Assembly (NCBI GenBank): GCA_043228905.1
Contig: JBHGNT010000012.1
Coordinates: 5,146,001 to 5,210,000, forward strand
DNA: 64,000 bases
Origin: Azolla caroliniana
Lineage: Eukaryota > Plantae > Polypodiophyta
Reading direction: 5' to 3'
The position numbers and the translations under genes are program-made. How positions within the stretch are numbered: the stretch's first letter is position 1; every line of letters starts with the position of its first letter. Positions 12,296 to 25,300 of this stretch are shown here, one piece after another. The notes under the pieces are model-generated. The model was not told where the DNA came from, made no database searches, and saw only the letters and a program-made list of their open reading frames with translations.

Positions 12296-13022
12296 TGTCG
12301 TGAAGATTTTCGTCCACAAGCGGAAACCCGAGCAAAGAGAGCCAAAGAGCGATGTGCAACGTTGCACACGTATATAATGTATTTGTAATAGTAATAAGGG
12401 TAAAGTGTATGGTGCTAGAAATGCCCCATAGGATCCCTAAGGTATAAAGGTGATGTGATCTTGTGCGCACATCCACGCGAGAGAGAGAGAGAGAGAGAGG
12501 TATTATGCGGTACATAGGTACCTAGTTGTTTGTGTGGAGGTGGGAGTAAAGGGGCCATCAATCTCACCCTCCCCAAATCAAGGCAAATATCCCCTTTGAA
12601 TGAAAGGGGATATTTTAGTCTCACTTTTGTAAACGGTCTTCCCTCCTTGTGCTATAAAAGGAGAGGGAAGGCACCATTGTGGGGGTTGCCTATTTTGAGT
12701 GTGCGAGGTATACCACATAGGTCGAGCGTTAGGGTTAGGGTTAGGGTTTCTTTATCTTTATCTTCATCTTCGTCGGTTAGGGTTTCGAGTAGTCGTTTGG
12801 TGCGGCCTATGCGGCCACCATTTTGTAATCGTTCATTTCGTTTTAATATATCTTGTTGATCATCTTGTCTCCATCTTCCTCTTGTTCGATCTAATCTCTT
12901 GTTCATTCTTCTTCTTCTTGAGCAAAGCTTCCATTCCATGTCTGATTCCTTCTCCTCTACTCCTTAGTCCAAGACCCCCCGTGGTCCCGCCCTTCTCCAC
13001 GCACGCGTGTAGCAACGCGACA
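12296..13022 (+). mobile_element. Solo LTR (727 bp) with 4-bp TSD, inserted in Copia B RT
   Basis: Ends TGTCGTG...CGCGACA. CCGT on both sides (12292-12295 / 13023-13026). Removing it restores KSTVCRLKKS. TATAAAAG at 12653. Confidence 0.85.
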
Positions 13023-16002
13023 CCGTTGACTTGTTCATCTCTGACTGAAAGTCGGGGGGCTGAGTCATAAAGACTTCTTCTTCAAGATCACCTTGAAGAA
13101 ACGCATTCTTCACATCCATCTGGTGAAGATGCCACTCCCTTGCCGCAGCAACTGCCAACACCACACGAACCGTCGTCATCTTCGCTACCAAAGTGAAGGT
13201 CTCATCGTAGTCAATTCCGTGGGTCTACACGTATCCCCTCGCCACTAAACGGGCCTTGTACTGGTTAATTGAACCGTCGGCGTTGTACTTTACCTTGTAC
13301 ACCCACTTGCATCCAATCAGTTACAGTGACGGGGAGGGTCAACCAAGTCCCATGTCTCGTTGGCATCAAGTGCCCACATTTCTTCCTCCATAGCAGCACG
13401 CCAACTTGCGTCCTTTGTCGCTTCTATGTAGCTCTCCGGCCCACGCACTTCCGCCACCTTGGTCATGTACGCATAGTGATGTGCCATGTACTCATTGTAC
13501 CCGTACCGCTTAACAGGTTCCTTCTGGCGGGTTGACCGACGTAACCCACCGTTACCCGGTTTGAGGCCCTTCTTGGCCGAAGAACCGTCATTTTCCTTTC
13601 CGGAGTCGGATCCGCTCTGATCCGACTCATCATTACCGGTTTCATAATCCGGCATCTTCTTCTTCCCCTTCTCTTTGTGCGTGAACTGTCTCCTCTGTTC
13701 CTTGCACAGGGAGAGCACGGCAGAGTCTTCACTACTCGTCAGTTCCTCTTCTGACTGGTCAGATTGACCTAGTCTCTCGTTCGGCCCACTCAACCGAAAT
13801 GATTCCGAACTCTCTTCTTGAGTCCCGGATTCATCATCTTCTATCTGGACCGGTTCAGGCTCACTAGCCTCATCCTCCGGTATCGGGTTGGGGTCGGAAG
13901 TCGGAGCCGGTAAGGCATACCATGATGTTGTCTCATCAAACTCAACATCGCGGCTAACTCGGACCTACTTCGTCCGGGGGTTATAACACTTATACCCCTT
14001 TTGCTCATGTGAGTAGCCGATGAGGATGCACTTCTCTGATTTTGCATCTAGCTTCCTCCGCTTCTCATCCGGCACATGCACATATGCTATGTTGCCGAAA
14101 ATCCGAAGGTGTCTCAAATTCGGCTTGCGCCCGAAATACAGCTCATGCGTGGACACCTTGTCACCGATCCGGTTTTGGATGTAGACGGTCGTCCGGACCG
14201 CCTCCGCCCAGTAGAAATGGGGCATGTTATTCTCTTCCAACATTGCCCTTGCCACGTCGACAAGCGACCGGTTCTTCCTTTCGGCCACACCGTTTTGCTC
14301 CGGTGTGTATCTGTAGCTGAACTCTCTTCGAATTCCTGTTTGCTGAAAATAACTATTGAATTGGCCAGAAAAATATTCTTTTCCGCCATCTGACCATAGG
14401 CACTTGATCTTCGTCTCTGATTCCTGTTCCACCATGCTTTGGAGGTTCCGGAAAGAGTCGAATACTTCTCTCTTCCGCTCAATGAGGTAGATCCATGTGT
14501 GCTGGCTATAGTCGTCGATGAAGGAGACGAAGTATCGACTCCCGCCAAGACTCACGTTCTGTGTTGGTCCCCATACATCCGAATGAATAAGGTCGAGCTT
14601 GTTACGGCTATGGTTTCGTTCAGTGGGGAATGGAAGTCGGTGTTGCTTCCCGAGTTGGCAGGCTTCACATACTTGGGCCTTCCGGCCACTGAACTTCGTC
14701 AAACCGAAAACAACTTGTTTCATTTGCAGGTCTTGAAGCCTCTGGTAATTGACATGGCTGATCCACTTGTGCCAGAGATCAATATCCGATTCAATCTTCT
14801 GTCCTTTGGCGAACAACGCGGTGTCGACGTCATTGGTGTTGAGGATAAACATCCTCCCGTCTTTGCGCCCTTGCGCAATGATTTGGCCCTCTTCCTCGAT
14901 GAAGCACCCGAGGTGCGTAAACTGCACCTACATCCCCTGGTCGACAATCTGTCCAACCAACACCAACTTCTTCGTGATGGTCGGAACGTGTAATGCGCTC
15001 ATCAGCTTCCCCTTTTGTCCGACGTGGCTCAAAGGGACTTCTCCGACATGCATGATTGGGTGAGGAGTGTCGTCTCCGGTTTCGACGACTCCCGGTTGTT
15101 CCGGTTTCTCCAAGAAGGAGAACCACTCTTTGTGGCTCGTCATCTGATTCAACGCACCGGAATCAACATACCACACTTCCTCTGATTCGGAGGCGGTCTT
15201 CTTCATCGAGTTAGCCTCGTGTTTCATCATCAAGGCTGGCCCCTTACCGGTCTTCCCAGTTCCGGATCCTTTCGATCCTTGCGCGTAGTGAGAGCTTTGC
15301 CTGTTCTCCCGACCAGTTTTTCCGGATCCAGATCTATCTGAATCGGCGCGCTTCTTCCAGTACTCGCTTTCTCTATCGCCCTTTTTGCCACAATACCAGC
15401 ATTCCGTGGCGGATTTGTCTTGCCAGCTTCTGGTGCCGCCTTAACTCCCCTTGGTTGTGGAGGGTTCGGAATTGTTGTCGGCATGCTCTCTGTGCCTTCG
15501 GTCCTGCTCTTGCCGGCCGCTACCATTGCAAGCCAACCCGCCTCATCCACCACGCCCACAGGGCCGATCCGCCGCCGTGTACAGCATCCAACTGTCAGTG
15601 GGTGCACTTGTTGATGCACCGGCGTGGTTCTCCTCTACAAGGAGCATCGACTGTAAATCAAAAAATGACGACGTATTCTCCCTCGTACATACTGTTGTCC
15701 GGAAAGCTCGGAACTTAGACGCCAGGCCCCCAAGACAGACTTGTACCATCTCGTCTTCCTCTATAGTGACGTTGATAGAGGCAAGAGAGTCACAGATCTC
15801 TTTGATTCGGGTCGTGTAATCAACCACCGACATGTCCTTCTGTCGGACATTGCTCAACTCCTGTCGGAGTTACAGCTTCTGGGCTATAGTGCTTGCGGCG
15901 AACACCTTCTTCAGGTTTCCCCAAGCCTCTTTCAGCGTCTTGGCATCTCGGATGTGGCTCAGCAGCTGGTCTCTGACACTGGACGCAAAGCAGTACATCA
16001 CT

Positions 16003-16174
16003 CCCAAGGCCCCCAGGCAAGTTCACACTTGACCTAATGGGTTGTCTCAATCCCGAGGAATAAAACTAATCCTCCCCTTCTTTACACTCTTGTTTAACCC
16101 TCACACTTATCCACGTGTATAGAATACTACGGTAAATTCTCACCACGGGATATTAAATGGTCATGCCCGTAACA
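16003..16174 (-). mobile_element. Truncated LTR fragment of the same Gypsy family as 5532-5703, inside Copia B gag
   Basis: Near-identical to 5532-5703 (CCCAAGGCCCCCAGGCAAG...GCCCGTAACA). Removing it restores ASRVMYCFAS. Confidence 0.9.
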
Positions 16175-17270
16175 CTCTGCTTGCCAATTGTTCCCACACT
16201 AGGAAGTCCTTGTGTGCCGCATCAGGTGTTGCGTCGTTAGCTTCGTCGACACAGCTCCAGTAACCATGCCCAAGCAGGTATTGGTGCACCTTGTATGACC
16301 AAGATGCGTAGTTGGATCTGTCGAGTTTCTCCATCGGGAGCGAGCTAGCCATTCCTCTATCCATTTGTTTTTTTTTTCTGTTCTTTACAAAGGTTAGGTT
16401 TTCTTCTTGCGAAAGCAAATGTCGGTTGTAGAGGTTCTCAACCCTCACGCTCTGATACCATGTAGAAACAAATAGCATGCGAAAGCAATAGAAAACAGAA
16501 AACAGAAAACAAGTTTAATGGAGAGCTTAACAGTACACGGGAGAGACAGAGAGAGAGACCACACAGAAACTCAATTCAAAAATACTACTCAGTCTGTACA
16601 TCGTATGTGTTCAGTGAACACTTTTATACAAGTCCATATGGACTGACAGAAGTATGGTGTACTTCAATGCTCACACGAGCGTCTGACACTAACTACGAGA
16701 TATTAACTCCCTAGTAGACTAGCTGCTACTTGGCTTCCGGTTACTGCTTGATCCACCTAACCGGCTCCCCAGCTCACCGGCTCACCGATCCGGCTCAGGC
16801 TTATTCAGTCGATCCGGATCCGGTTGAGCTTGCCACTCAACATGAACACATGTCGCCAAGCAATACATTACTCGATTCGCCGCTTGCTCCCATGTTGAGT
16901 AGTCAGCGTCCTTTAGGTCAGGTCAATTTTCTTGTGCTCCTTTGATGTAGCTCCAATAACCTTCACCGACAAGGTATTGGTGCATCTTGTATTCCCAAGA
17001 TATGAAATTGTTTCGGTCCAACTTCTCTCTAGGGAGAGCGCTCCCCATTTGAGTATTCATGGTGTTCAATGTAGTTTTCTTTCTTCTTCTTCTCTCGTGA
17101 ATATGAGCTATGTAGCTGCACTACGATAATGATAAGCCGGTTCTTCTTAAACATCAGTGTAGAGCACAACACACACGGATGGGCTAGATCGAGCTACCAA
17201 ACCGCTCTGATACCATGTAAAGAATCAATGGCGATTCTCGTGCAGCGGAATAGGTTAGAGATGTGTGTTA

Positions 17271-17281
17271 TGTGAGTGAGT

Positions 17282-17339
<58 letters not shown>

Positions 17340-17344
17340 GAGAG
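17271..17344. repeat. (GTGA)n(GA)n microsatellite expanded in Copia A 5' LTR
   Basis: Seen directly. It is much shorter in the 3' LTR copy (~5930-5960). Confidence 0.95.
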
Positions 17345-17656
17345 AAACACAAGATAGATAGAATAGACAATGGAAAATACTCAAGAAGATTGTATATTAC
17401 AAAGGAGATTAACCGACCTATTACAAAGTAGGAGGAGAGTGCTTTATATAGTCACTCTCTCTCTTCATTAATTATCGAAGCTCATGAGTCATGGGGAATG
17501 TGGAAACTCATTAGTTATGTGTCATAGAATATGATTCTATGACACATAGTTAATGTGTAAAGAGTAGCGGTGTGACTTTTGACCTTTGAGTGTTCATACA
17601 CTCTCAAGGGTGTGTTCACACACTAGGCTAGGTTGAGGTTGATTTTCAACAGCTAT

Positions 17657-20600
17657 TAATGATATGCAAAAATTGCAGTAGGAAGATGACCTGGTAGTGG
17701 CTGAAACTGATCAGTTGCATCAGGAATGTATGGATGAGGTAAGAAAAATAAGTATTGGAAAGGTTGTAAGCCCCTTGAAAGAGCAAGATAAGTCACTAAT
17801 GAAAACCCAACATATTAAGGGGATAGCAAAAATGAAAAGGCACATGCATGCTAGAAAAGATGAAGAGAATGTGATGGAGAAAAATAAAGGTATGCGTAAA
17901 TGGCCTAGAGTGAAATGGAATCCTCAATAAAAAGTGACCCCCCTATCGAATATCGGGCAACAAATCAAACTGAAACTGACAAGCAAAAAGTGGTTCGAGG
18001 AAATGTGTGGAACTGAGATGAAGAAGGACAACATGTGTCGAATCAATATCTATAGTAAATGTGATGACGAAGGTCAAATCGTTGGACTGTCCTATATGTT
18101 GGTCACTGGAAATAAGGAACCCCACAGTAGAGAAGAAGCACTCGGATGGGTTGAACAACAAATGGGTGCTCATCTAGACTCAACATATGGTACCACAATA
18201 GGTGTGAAAATGAAAAGACAATGAAAAGATGTCATGATATGGAGCTTGGACAAGGTGAATGAGCAATGCATATGCTACATAAATGTGAAATTTAGGAAGC
18301 TTCCTAGAATGATCACGGAGTTCATGGTATACCACCTTGAAATGTTGACACTAGAAGAGGATAATCTCCAAGATAGGATCTTAGCTAACCTAATGGAAGC
18401 GGAAAATGCATTGGTTGGGCCACAAAAGATGCAGGGTATATGTTGAAATGAATCTTCACTTGCTAACATGGAACATACAAGGAATTTGTGGCACCCAATT
18501 CTAGATGCACCAATGTCATGGTGACTGATGTTATCATGGTGCAAGAGCACCACCTAGATGGGGATAAGATCGACAAAATTGGAAACATTTGCCCTGGGAG
18601 TTGGACCAATACATGGTTGGTAGCTACGAGGGATAGACATATTCACGGGGGAGTACTGATAGCAATGAAAGCTAAGTATAATGCATCATACACATGCAGG
18701 GGGTGTTAAATGGAGGGTTGTGTTGTCTATATCAGGATAAAACACGGATATGGGCACTTGGGCATATTGAACATATATGCCCCAAATTCAACTGCCAAAA
18801 GAAAAGAATTCTGGTTGCAACTAGTGGACAAGAAACCAAATACAGAGTTGTGGGTCATTGGAGGAGATTTTAATATGGTGGAGCAACAAGAAGATAGAAG
18901 AGGAAATGCAAATGGCATAGTGCAAGGGGCAGGAAAAGATGCATGGGATAAGTTTTGTTTAGCATATAATGAGATAGATTGTTGGAATGCAGCTAACTTT
19001 CAGATGCAAAAAGAAAAATCTCTGCTATACTCTAGAGTAGGAGGACTCGTGCATGGGAGGACAATGTCCAAGCTGGACAAATGATATTTGGACCCTCGGC
19101 TCCTCGATAGGAAAGGCAAATGCATAATTTGTCCTAGAAAATTGTTTTCCAACCATGCACCAGTTCTGTTGCATATAAATGAAAACAATCGATGCAGGCC
19201 ACATAATGTGAAGGTGAGCAAGGAATTGGTTATGGAAAATAAATGGATTGATGATATAAGAAGAATATGGTCTAATGTCAAATGGATGTATCATGATCCC
19301 GCTCATAGGCTGGCTGGGAAAATTGAGAAATGGGCATGCTTCTTTCGGAAGAAAGGGACTGAAATTAGAAAAGAGAGGAGGGAGAAACTACAAAGAATGC
19401 AATGGACACTCACTTCTATGCAACGACTACGAAAACATTACCCGAATAATGTATGGATTGAGGCCCAACTAGAGGAGGCAAAATGCAAACAAGATATGTA
19501 CTAGAAACTAAGGACTACTGATGCCTATCGACGTAAAGCAACAAGCTGGATGAGGGTAGGAGATCGTGTTACTAAAGGATTTTTGAAGTTGTCAAATGCA
19601 AAGGCTCCAGGACTCAGACTTCATGTTTAAAAAAGACATATGGCACAATGACCACGTGCGAGGAGGAAATGCTTGAAATGACCACGAGCTATTATATGCA
19701 ACTACTAAATGTATGCAAAGAGGAACAAATTGATCAAGATGCCTTCGGAAATATAATAAATAGGATACCGAAAAGAGTTACTGCTTAGATGATGGACTGA
19801 CTAAATACCCCTATATGTATGTAGGAATTGTGGGATGCAATTGCAAATATGAATAAACAAAGTTGTGCAGGGATTGATGGACTCCCTATATATGTTTACA
19901 TCAAACATTGGGATCTAATTAAGGATGACATGTTGGTAGGGATGCAATACATTATGGCAGAAGGTTTAATGCCTACAACATTGTGCAGAGGAATGATTTA
20001 TTTAATACCCAAGGATAGAAAAGATCTGACAATACTTGATAATTGGCGAGCGACCATTGACGATTCTCCCTAATGCCTATAAGATCATGGCTAAAGTTGT
20101 AAGTAGTCGATTGAAAACAGTACTAGGGGACATTATACATATAACACAAATTGGCTTCCTAGAAAACCAGAGCATTGTTGACAATGTGATAACTTTCTGG
20201 GAGTATTCGGCATGGGCAGAGGAGCAAGAGGTAGACTTGGCAGTAATGTTACTTGACTTCAAAAAAGCATATGATAGGATCTCATGGGAATTCCTAGAAG
20301 TAGTGATGCAGGCCCTAGGCTTCGAACAACAATGTATCCTTGGAACGGTTGCCTTTTACAGGATGCATCCAGCTAGGTTTTAATGGTTGGAAGCATGGGG
20401 AAGAGCTTTAAGATGTCACAATCAGCACACAAAGGATGGCCATTGGCCCCATACCTATTCATTATTGCAGCAGAAGCTTCGCATTATCAGATTGTTGATA
20501 GATCTTGGTAAATACAAGGCCTTCCCCTGCCCAAGGATGCAGGAATGATACTTGATACAAAATATGCTGATGATACAACAACTTACGTTAAGGGGGATGC

Positions 20601-20685
20601 AAACAACTTGGACAGAATGCAAAGTGCAATTAATGAGTTTTGTTGACTCAAATAAACTAGAATAAATCGGTGGGCATTTAGATTA
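17657..20685 (+). mobile_element. Decayed L1-clade LINE (ORF1 end, ORF2 APE endonuclease and RT), 3'-truncated
   Basis: APE motifs DVIMVQEHH, LNIYAPN, WVIGGDFN, SKLDK, FSNHAPV (18490-19170). RT motifs AGIDGLP, LIPK..NWR, QIGFL, LDFKKAYDRISW, PLAPYLF, YADD (19828-20580). Many stops and frameshifts. Confidence 0.9.
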
Positions 20686-20817
20686 TGTAAAAGATATTGT
20701 GCGGAAGCTAAGACAAAATCGGCTAGTCCAGATAACAAGAGAACACAATGCGGAGGTTTAATGGAAAGCTTGAATACACGAGAGAGACAGAGAGAGCAGA
20801 ACTGTGAAACTCAATTC
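20686..20817 (-). mobile_element. Partial Copia LTR (U5 end) related to the B/D LTRs
   Basis: Starts TGTAAAAG and shares GCGGAAGC..GGTTTAATGGA(A/G)AGCTT..GAGAGACAGAGAGAG..AAACTCAATTC with 10361-10480. Confidence 0.7.
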
Positions 20818-20999
20818 GGAGTTCGAGGACTCCATGTGGTTTTTCCCGATTTGGGTTTTCCACGTAAAATATCTTGTGTCTTTGTTTTTCGTTTTTTTCC
20901 CGCCCCTCGTTTTTTACTGTGCATTACCTTGCTCGGTTTCTGTGCACCCAAACACGTATTTGTGAGTATAACCGGTTGTGGCCGGTCTCGATCCTCAAT

Positions 21000-21589
21000 A
21001 GAATCTTCATAAAATGTGAGAAGTAGGTCTTTCACACTATTACAAAGTCCTTGTTGAAATTGATCCATCAATGCATCTTCATCCCAAGGGATGTCACATG
21101 CAAGAAGACGAAAATTAGTTGCATATGTCGAGGTTGGGTAATCTCCTTGTCGCAATCTTCAAATCTTAGTTATTACAATTCTCACACAATCCATATCTCC
21201 AAAACAAGTTTCAAACTCCTTAATAAACTCATCAAAACTATCCAAAATAAGGGACATTTTCTCAAGTAATGGCGCAAACCAAGCTAGTGTTGTACAAATT
21301 AATAGACCAACCCTACTCACGCCGAATCAGTTGGATGTCGAGTGGGATGCATTAGCAATACTAGATGCACTTGGTTTAGAAATCCTTGGAATTGTGCCTG
21401 AGTACCATCAAACTTTGTTGGTAAACTCATCTTAGCTTCTTTCGGCGAACTTGGTGCTCCCAATGTTTGTTTCTGCACCACTTCAAGTTGTTGAACTGTC
21501 TGAGTTAATTCCTCACGTTGTCGAGCTTTCTTAGCATTGACTTCTAGTAAATCCTCGAGAAGCCTTTGATTCTCGTGCTCCAAGGCCAT
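21000..21589 (-). pseudogene. Chromovirus (Tcn1-like) gag remnant
   Basis: ALEHENQRLL..LPTKFDGT..FLNQV..LRQGD..FRLLACDIPWDEDALMDQF, homologous to gag at 47049-47750. Confidence 0.88.
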
Positions 21590-22381
21590 GAACTACATCG
21601 CCCTATTCACGTACATATGCCATTGTTAATATAGGATGAGAAGTGCATTGGGGGAAAAGGGAAGGAATGTAGAAGACGGGTTTGGTTCTAGTTCAAATGG
21701 TATGTCCACACACATACGGGCAGGAGGAGGTATCAATATACTCAAGAGACCATGTTGTACCGGGGCAATGCGCATTGTAGTAGAGAGAGAGCAAGAGCAA
21801 GAGCAAGAGGAGGAATTGAGCAGGAGCAGGAATTGGGCAAGTGCACATCTGTTCGCTAGTGAGATGGTCGATACAAATTCACGCCAGAAGTGGGGATGCG
21901 TATGCATTCGGATGTGAGCGAAAGGTGCGTGTGATCCGTGTGGTGTGGTGGTGGATACATACATATATGAGATATCTCCCCAAATCCAATCCTTTTTGGA
22001 GGAAGGAAAGTGGGCAGCTTATGGATGACAAGCAAAGCATCTTTTTTTCTTCTCTTTCTCTTTCTCATTGGTTTTGAACTCAAGTCTTGAGCACAGACTG
22101 TTTTTGTTCTCCTTCATGCTTGGTCCTACTGTAAAGACAGAGCAGAGCAAGACAAGGGGCACAGGGCCATGGGAGCTGGAGCAGGAGCAGGAGCAGGAGC
22201 TGCATCATCCCAGCCTCCTTCTTCATCCACAGGCAAGGCCAAGCAATGAAATTTGTCCCACCATTTTTTGGTTTTCTTTCTTTCTTGTTTCTGGTTTTTC
22301 CCCTCTTTATCCCACTCACACCTTCTCCCTCTGTTTCCTCCTCTCTTCTGTCTGCTTGCGTGATATTTAGTAGGAATCCCC

Positions 22382-25300
22382 ATGGAGCAGCCATCGAATC
22401 CCCCTCTCCTCAGCACCGTCACTGCCACTGCTACGAGCCTCATAAAAGAAGGAGGAGACTGGAGGAAGTATGTTGCCTTGAAGGTGTCAAGTGAGTATGA
22501 CAGCGAAGTCAGCATGCTCACTAACAAAGTTTCTGCACGCATCCTCAATGGGCTCGCGAAGATCAGGGCATCATTCCAGCGTGATCAGACAGGGGAGATC
22601 CGGTCCCCTTCCCTTTCCCTCTCCACCAAGCATCTCTCCGTCTTGTATGACCACGAGGACCGCAATGCACTTGTAACTGCCATCGCAAACCTTGGGTCTA
22701 ATGTAGAAATGAAGTATCTCAGAGAAATCAAGGTGAGACATCCAGCCTATTTTGGTTTTTTTTTTCCTACTCACTGAATCTACAAATAGAAAGAGCCATA
22801 TTGGAAGCTGCTCATTGAAAATTTGCACAATTGAGCTACCATCATACCTGCCGTAGCACATCAACTGAACTGTAAGCCAACATTTTTGTGACAGTCTCAA
22901 CAAGGTGAGGTAAAGCTTATTGCAAGATCAAGCGATGCAAAATATCAGGCTGAGGTTGGCTACGATGTTCCAAGTCTAGGCTTGGTGAGGATTCCGTAAA
23001 TAATTCTTTAAATAAGTGATTAACTCAATTGCTATAAGCATTTTCATACCATTACTTGCACTATCTTAGGGGCGTGTACTGTTGAATCTTTATAGATGTC
23101 AAGTATTTAAATCCAAAATGCAGGTTATATTTCTTGAGATTATTCTTTTTGTTGTTATCATGTCATCCCTCAGGATATATTGAGATAGATATCCAATAAC
23201 CAACATTTTGACTAGCTATTACAACGCCACAAAATTTGGACATATGTATGCTATAGTAAATTATTCCGAAGTATTCTTATTGAAGAGGTAACTATAGTTC
23301 AGGCATAAATTGTCAGTTTAAAACACATTGAAAGGGTTGTAACCCATGGCCCATGCCTACATCCTCTCACTCAAAAGTATGGAATATTGCCAAGGTGCAT
23401 GTTCCAGTGGCTTAGTTATGCTAGGTAGCATATCATTTGGACTAAGGCTGTATGTCTCATTTGTGAAAATTCGTTTGCTGCTTGTAGCTTAGCAGCAAAG
23501 TTTAATTTACTCATTGATGGATATTTTATTTGTATTCTATACTTACAAATTTAGTACAATTAAAGCGTGAACTGTTGGCATGGTTTTTTAATGCATTTCC
23601 TCTTTATGATGCTATTCTTCCAACTCATCTGGTAGACTCGCTTGAGTTCACAGACAAATTTTCTCATTTTTGGATCTATAAAAGCTTGAATACATGCAGT
23701 TATTTGTCCTGCTTTCTTCATTTGTAGTTTTCATTAAGTTTTATATATTTCTATCTCGTATTTCAGTGAAATTGGAATATTTTTGAATCAATTAAATAGT
23801 CTCGTGCTTTAATGGTATTTGGGACAACTCATGAATATATTTTATATGTGTATAAATCCCAAAAAATAGTCCTGTGTTTCCAGCTGTAGGAAACACATTT
23901 CTTTTCTTTTCCTTGTTCTCTATGGAATTGATAATAGTTGTACCTGCTGGTCAAGACAGTGTCTAACCTAATAAGGAGAGTAATAAAGGAACGTACACAT
24001 ATTTGTAATTGATCTTCTCCAAAGTAAAATATGCGAACCTAGCTTAAAATAATTCGAATAGTTTTGTGTTTACTTTGCAATTTTTCTTTACCAATATGAA
24101 CCTGGACTTTGAATATCTGGGCCAATATGAGTAGATATAAATAGTTATGGAGCTTTGCTTTTCCTTGTCTATGGTGCATATACTATTGGCATCATCTCAG
24201 CTTATGGCATTTTGCAAATATACCAAATATTATTAAAACTTTGCAATCTGGATGACATAACTTTTGTCTGAGCAATGGATGTCGAAGTTAATGATTTAGT
24301 ACTTCCTAGAAAGTTTAGCTGGACACTTTCATGTTTACATCAAAGCTCAATCATGCCATCAAGACTCCATCCCACAATGGTTATGAATGCAATCCTTGTT
24401 GAGAACATGATCCCAATATGAAGCGGTAACTTTCTGGGTAGTTGAACCCTACACATCTGAACGGAACATACAGATAACTCAAAGCTTGCAACCATAGAGA
24501 TAGCTTTGATCACCTTTTTCCACAGAACCTGCATAAAAAACTTGGTACATTGTTATTGTTGAAAGCAGAAATGTTGTCACCATGAACCTCTTCAAATATC
24601 ATCTTATCACTTAATGCCTCAAAAACATTGTCACAAAAGAACCTTACATTGTCTCACATGTGTAAATCCTTGATCATCTCATGTTTGTCATTGGTTATCG
24701 ATTCAGGATTTTCTTTTATATATAGTCCTTGATGGAAAGCCTATTCTCTAAATCTCCTTCGGCTTTTCCTGTCAAAAGAGATCTCCTGTTCTTCTCCTAC
24801 CATAGAAGTTTCATTGATAACACCCAATAAAGCATCTTCACATCTAGTTTGTATCATGGAACCATGACACAAACTTGAAATCCTTGGCTGCTTCAGAGTT
24901 ATATTGTGGTTGGGTTGTATCTTTTGAGTTATAATTGGGGAGAAGTCCTTTGGTTGCAGTGCAGGCCTGGCATCCATTTACTCTAGTAGGGACATTTTTC
25001 TTATGCTAACATTTTGTAGCATTCAAAGGCATGAGAGACATGACTCCATGTGATGACTTTCGGGATGGTTTTTTTACAGGGATAGAATCTTTTGCACTGT
25101 TGCCAATATGTTGTGCATTTGGATCGCCCATGCTGTCACTTTCTTAGGTGTGAAGAACAAAATGCTTGGGAATTTTGGAAACTTTTTATCATTTACTTAT
25201 TTGGCTGGTGAGCTGATTCATACTTTGAAGAGTTCAAGGGACATTCTTCTGAGGCTGCTGGCAAAAGAAGGAATCTTTTCTTCAAATCTTGGGTGTGCTA

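Larger units (their letters stand above)
10787..16364 (-). pseudogene. Copia B gag-pol remnant with charged C-terminal extension
   Basis: Gag (KLDRSNYASW), protease WYVDSGALNQMT (14928-15233), integrase (13965-14927), RT and RNase H fragments (11525-13300), RNase H end plus tail (10787-11461). Multiple stops and two insertions. Confidence 0.92.
10361..16842 (-). mobile_element. Ty1/Copia LTR retrotransposon B nested in Copia A gag
   Basis: 5' LTR 16461-16842, internally deleted 3' LTR 10361-10522, TSD TGAAC (10356-10360 / 16843-16847), Met PBS 16449-16460, PPT 10523. Confidence 0.95.
5870..17651 (-). mobile_element. Ty1/Copia LTR retrotransposon A (degenerate, with nested insertions)
   Basis: LTRs 5870-6266 and 17216-17651, TSD GCTAT (5865-5869 / 17652-17656), Met PBS TGGTATCAGAGCGG 17202-17215, PPT at 6267. 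Domain order gag-PR-IN-RT-RH. Confidence 0.95.

Noticed and set aside
12729-12749. Interstitial telomere or chromosome fusion site
   Set aside because: Only three units, and they lie inside a solo LTR.
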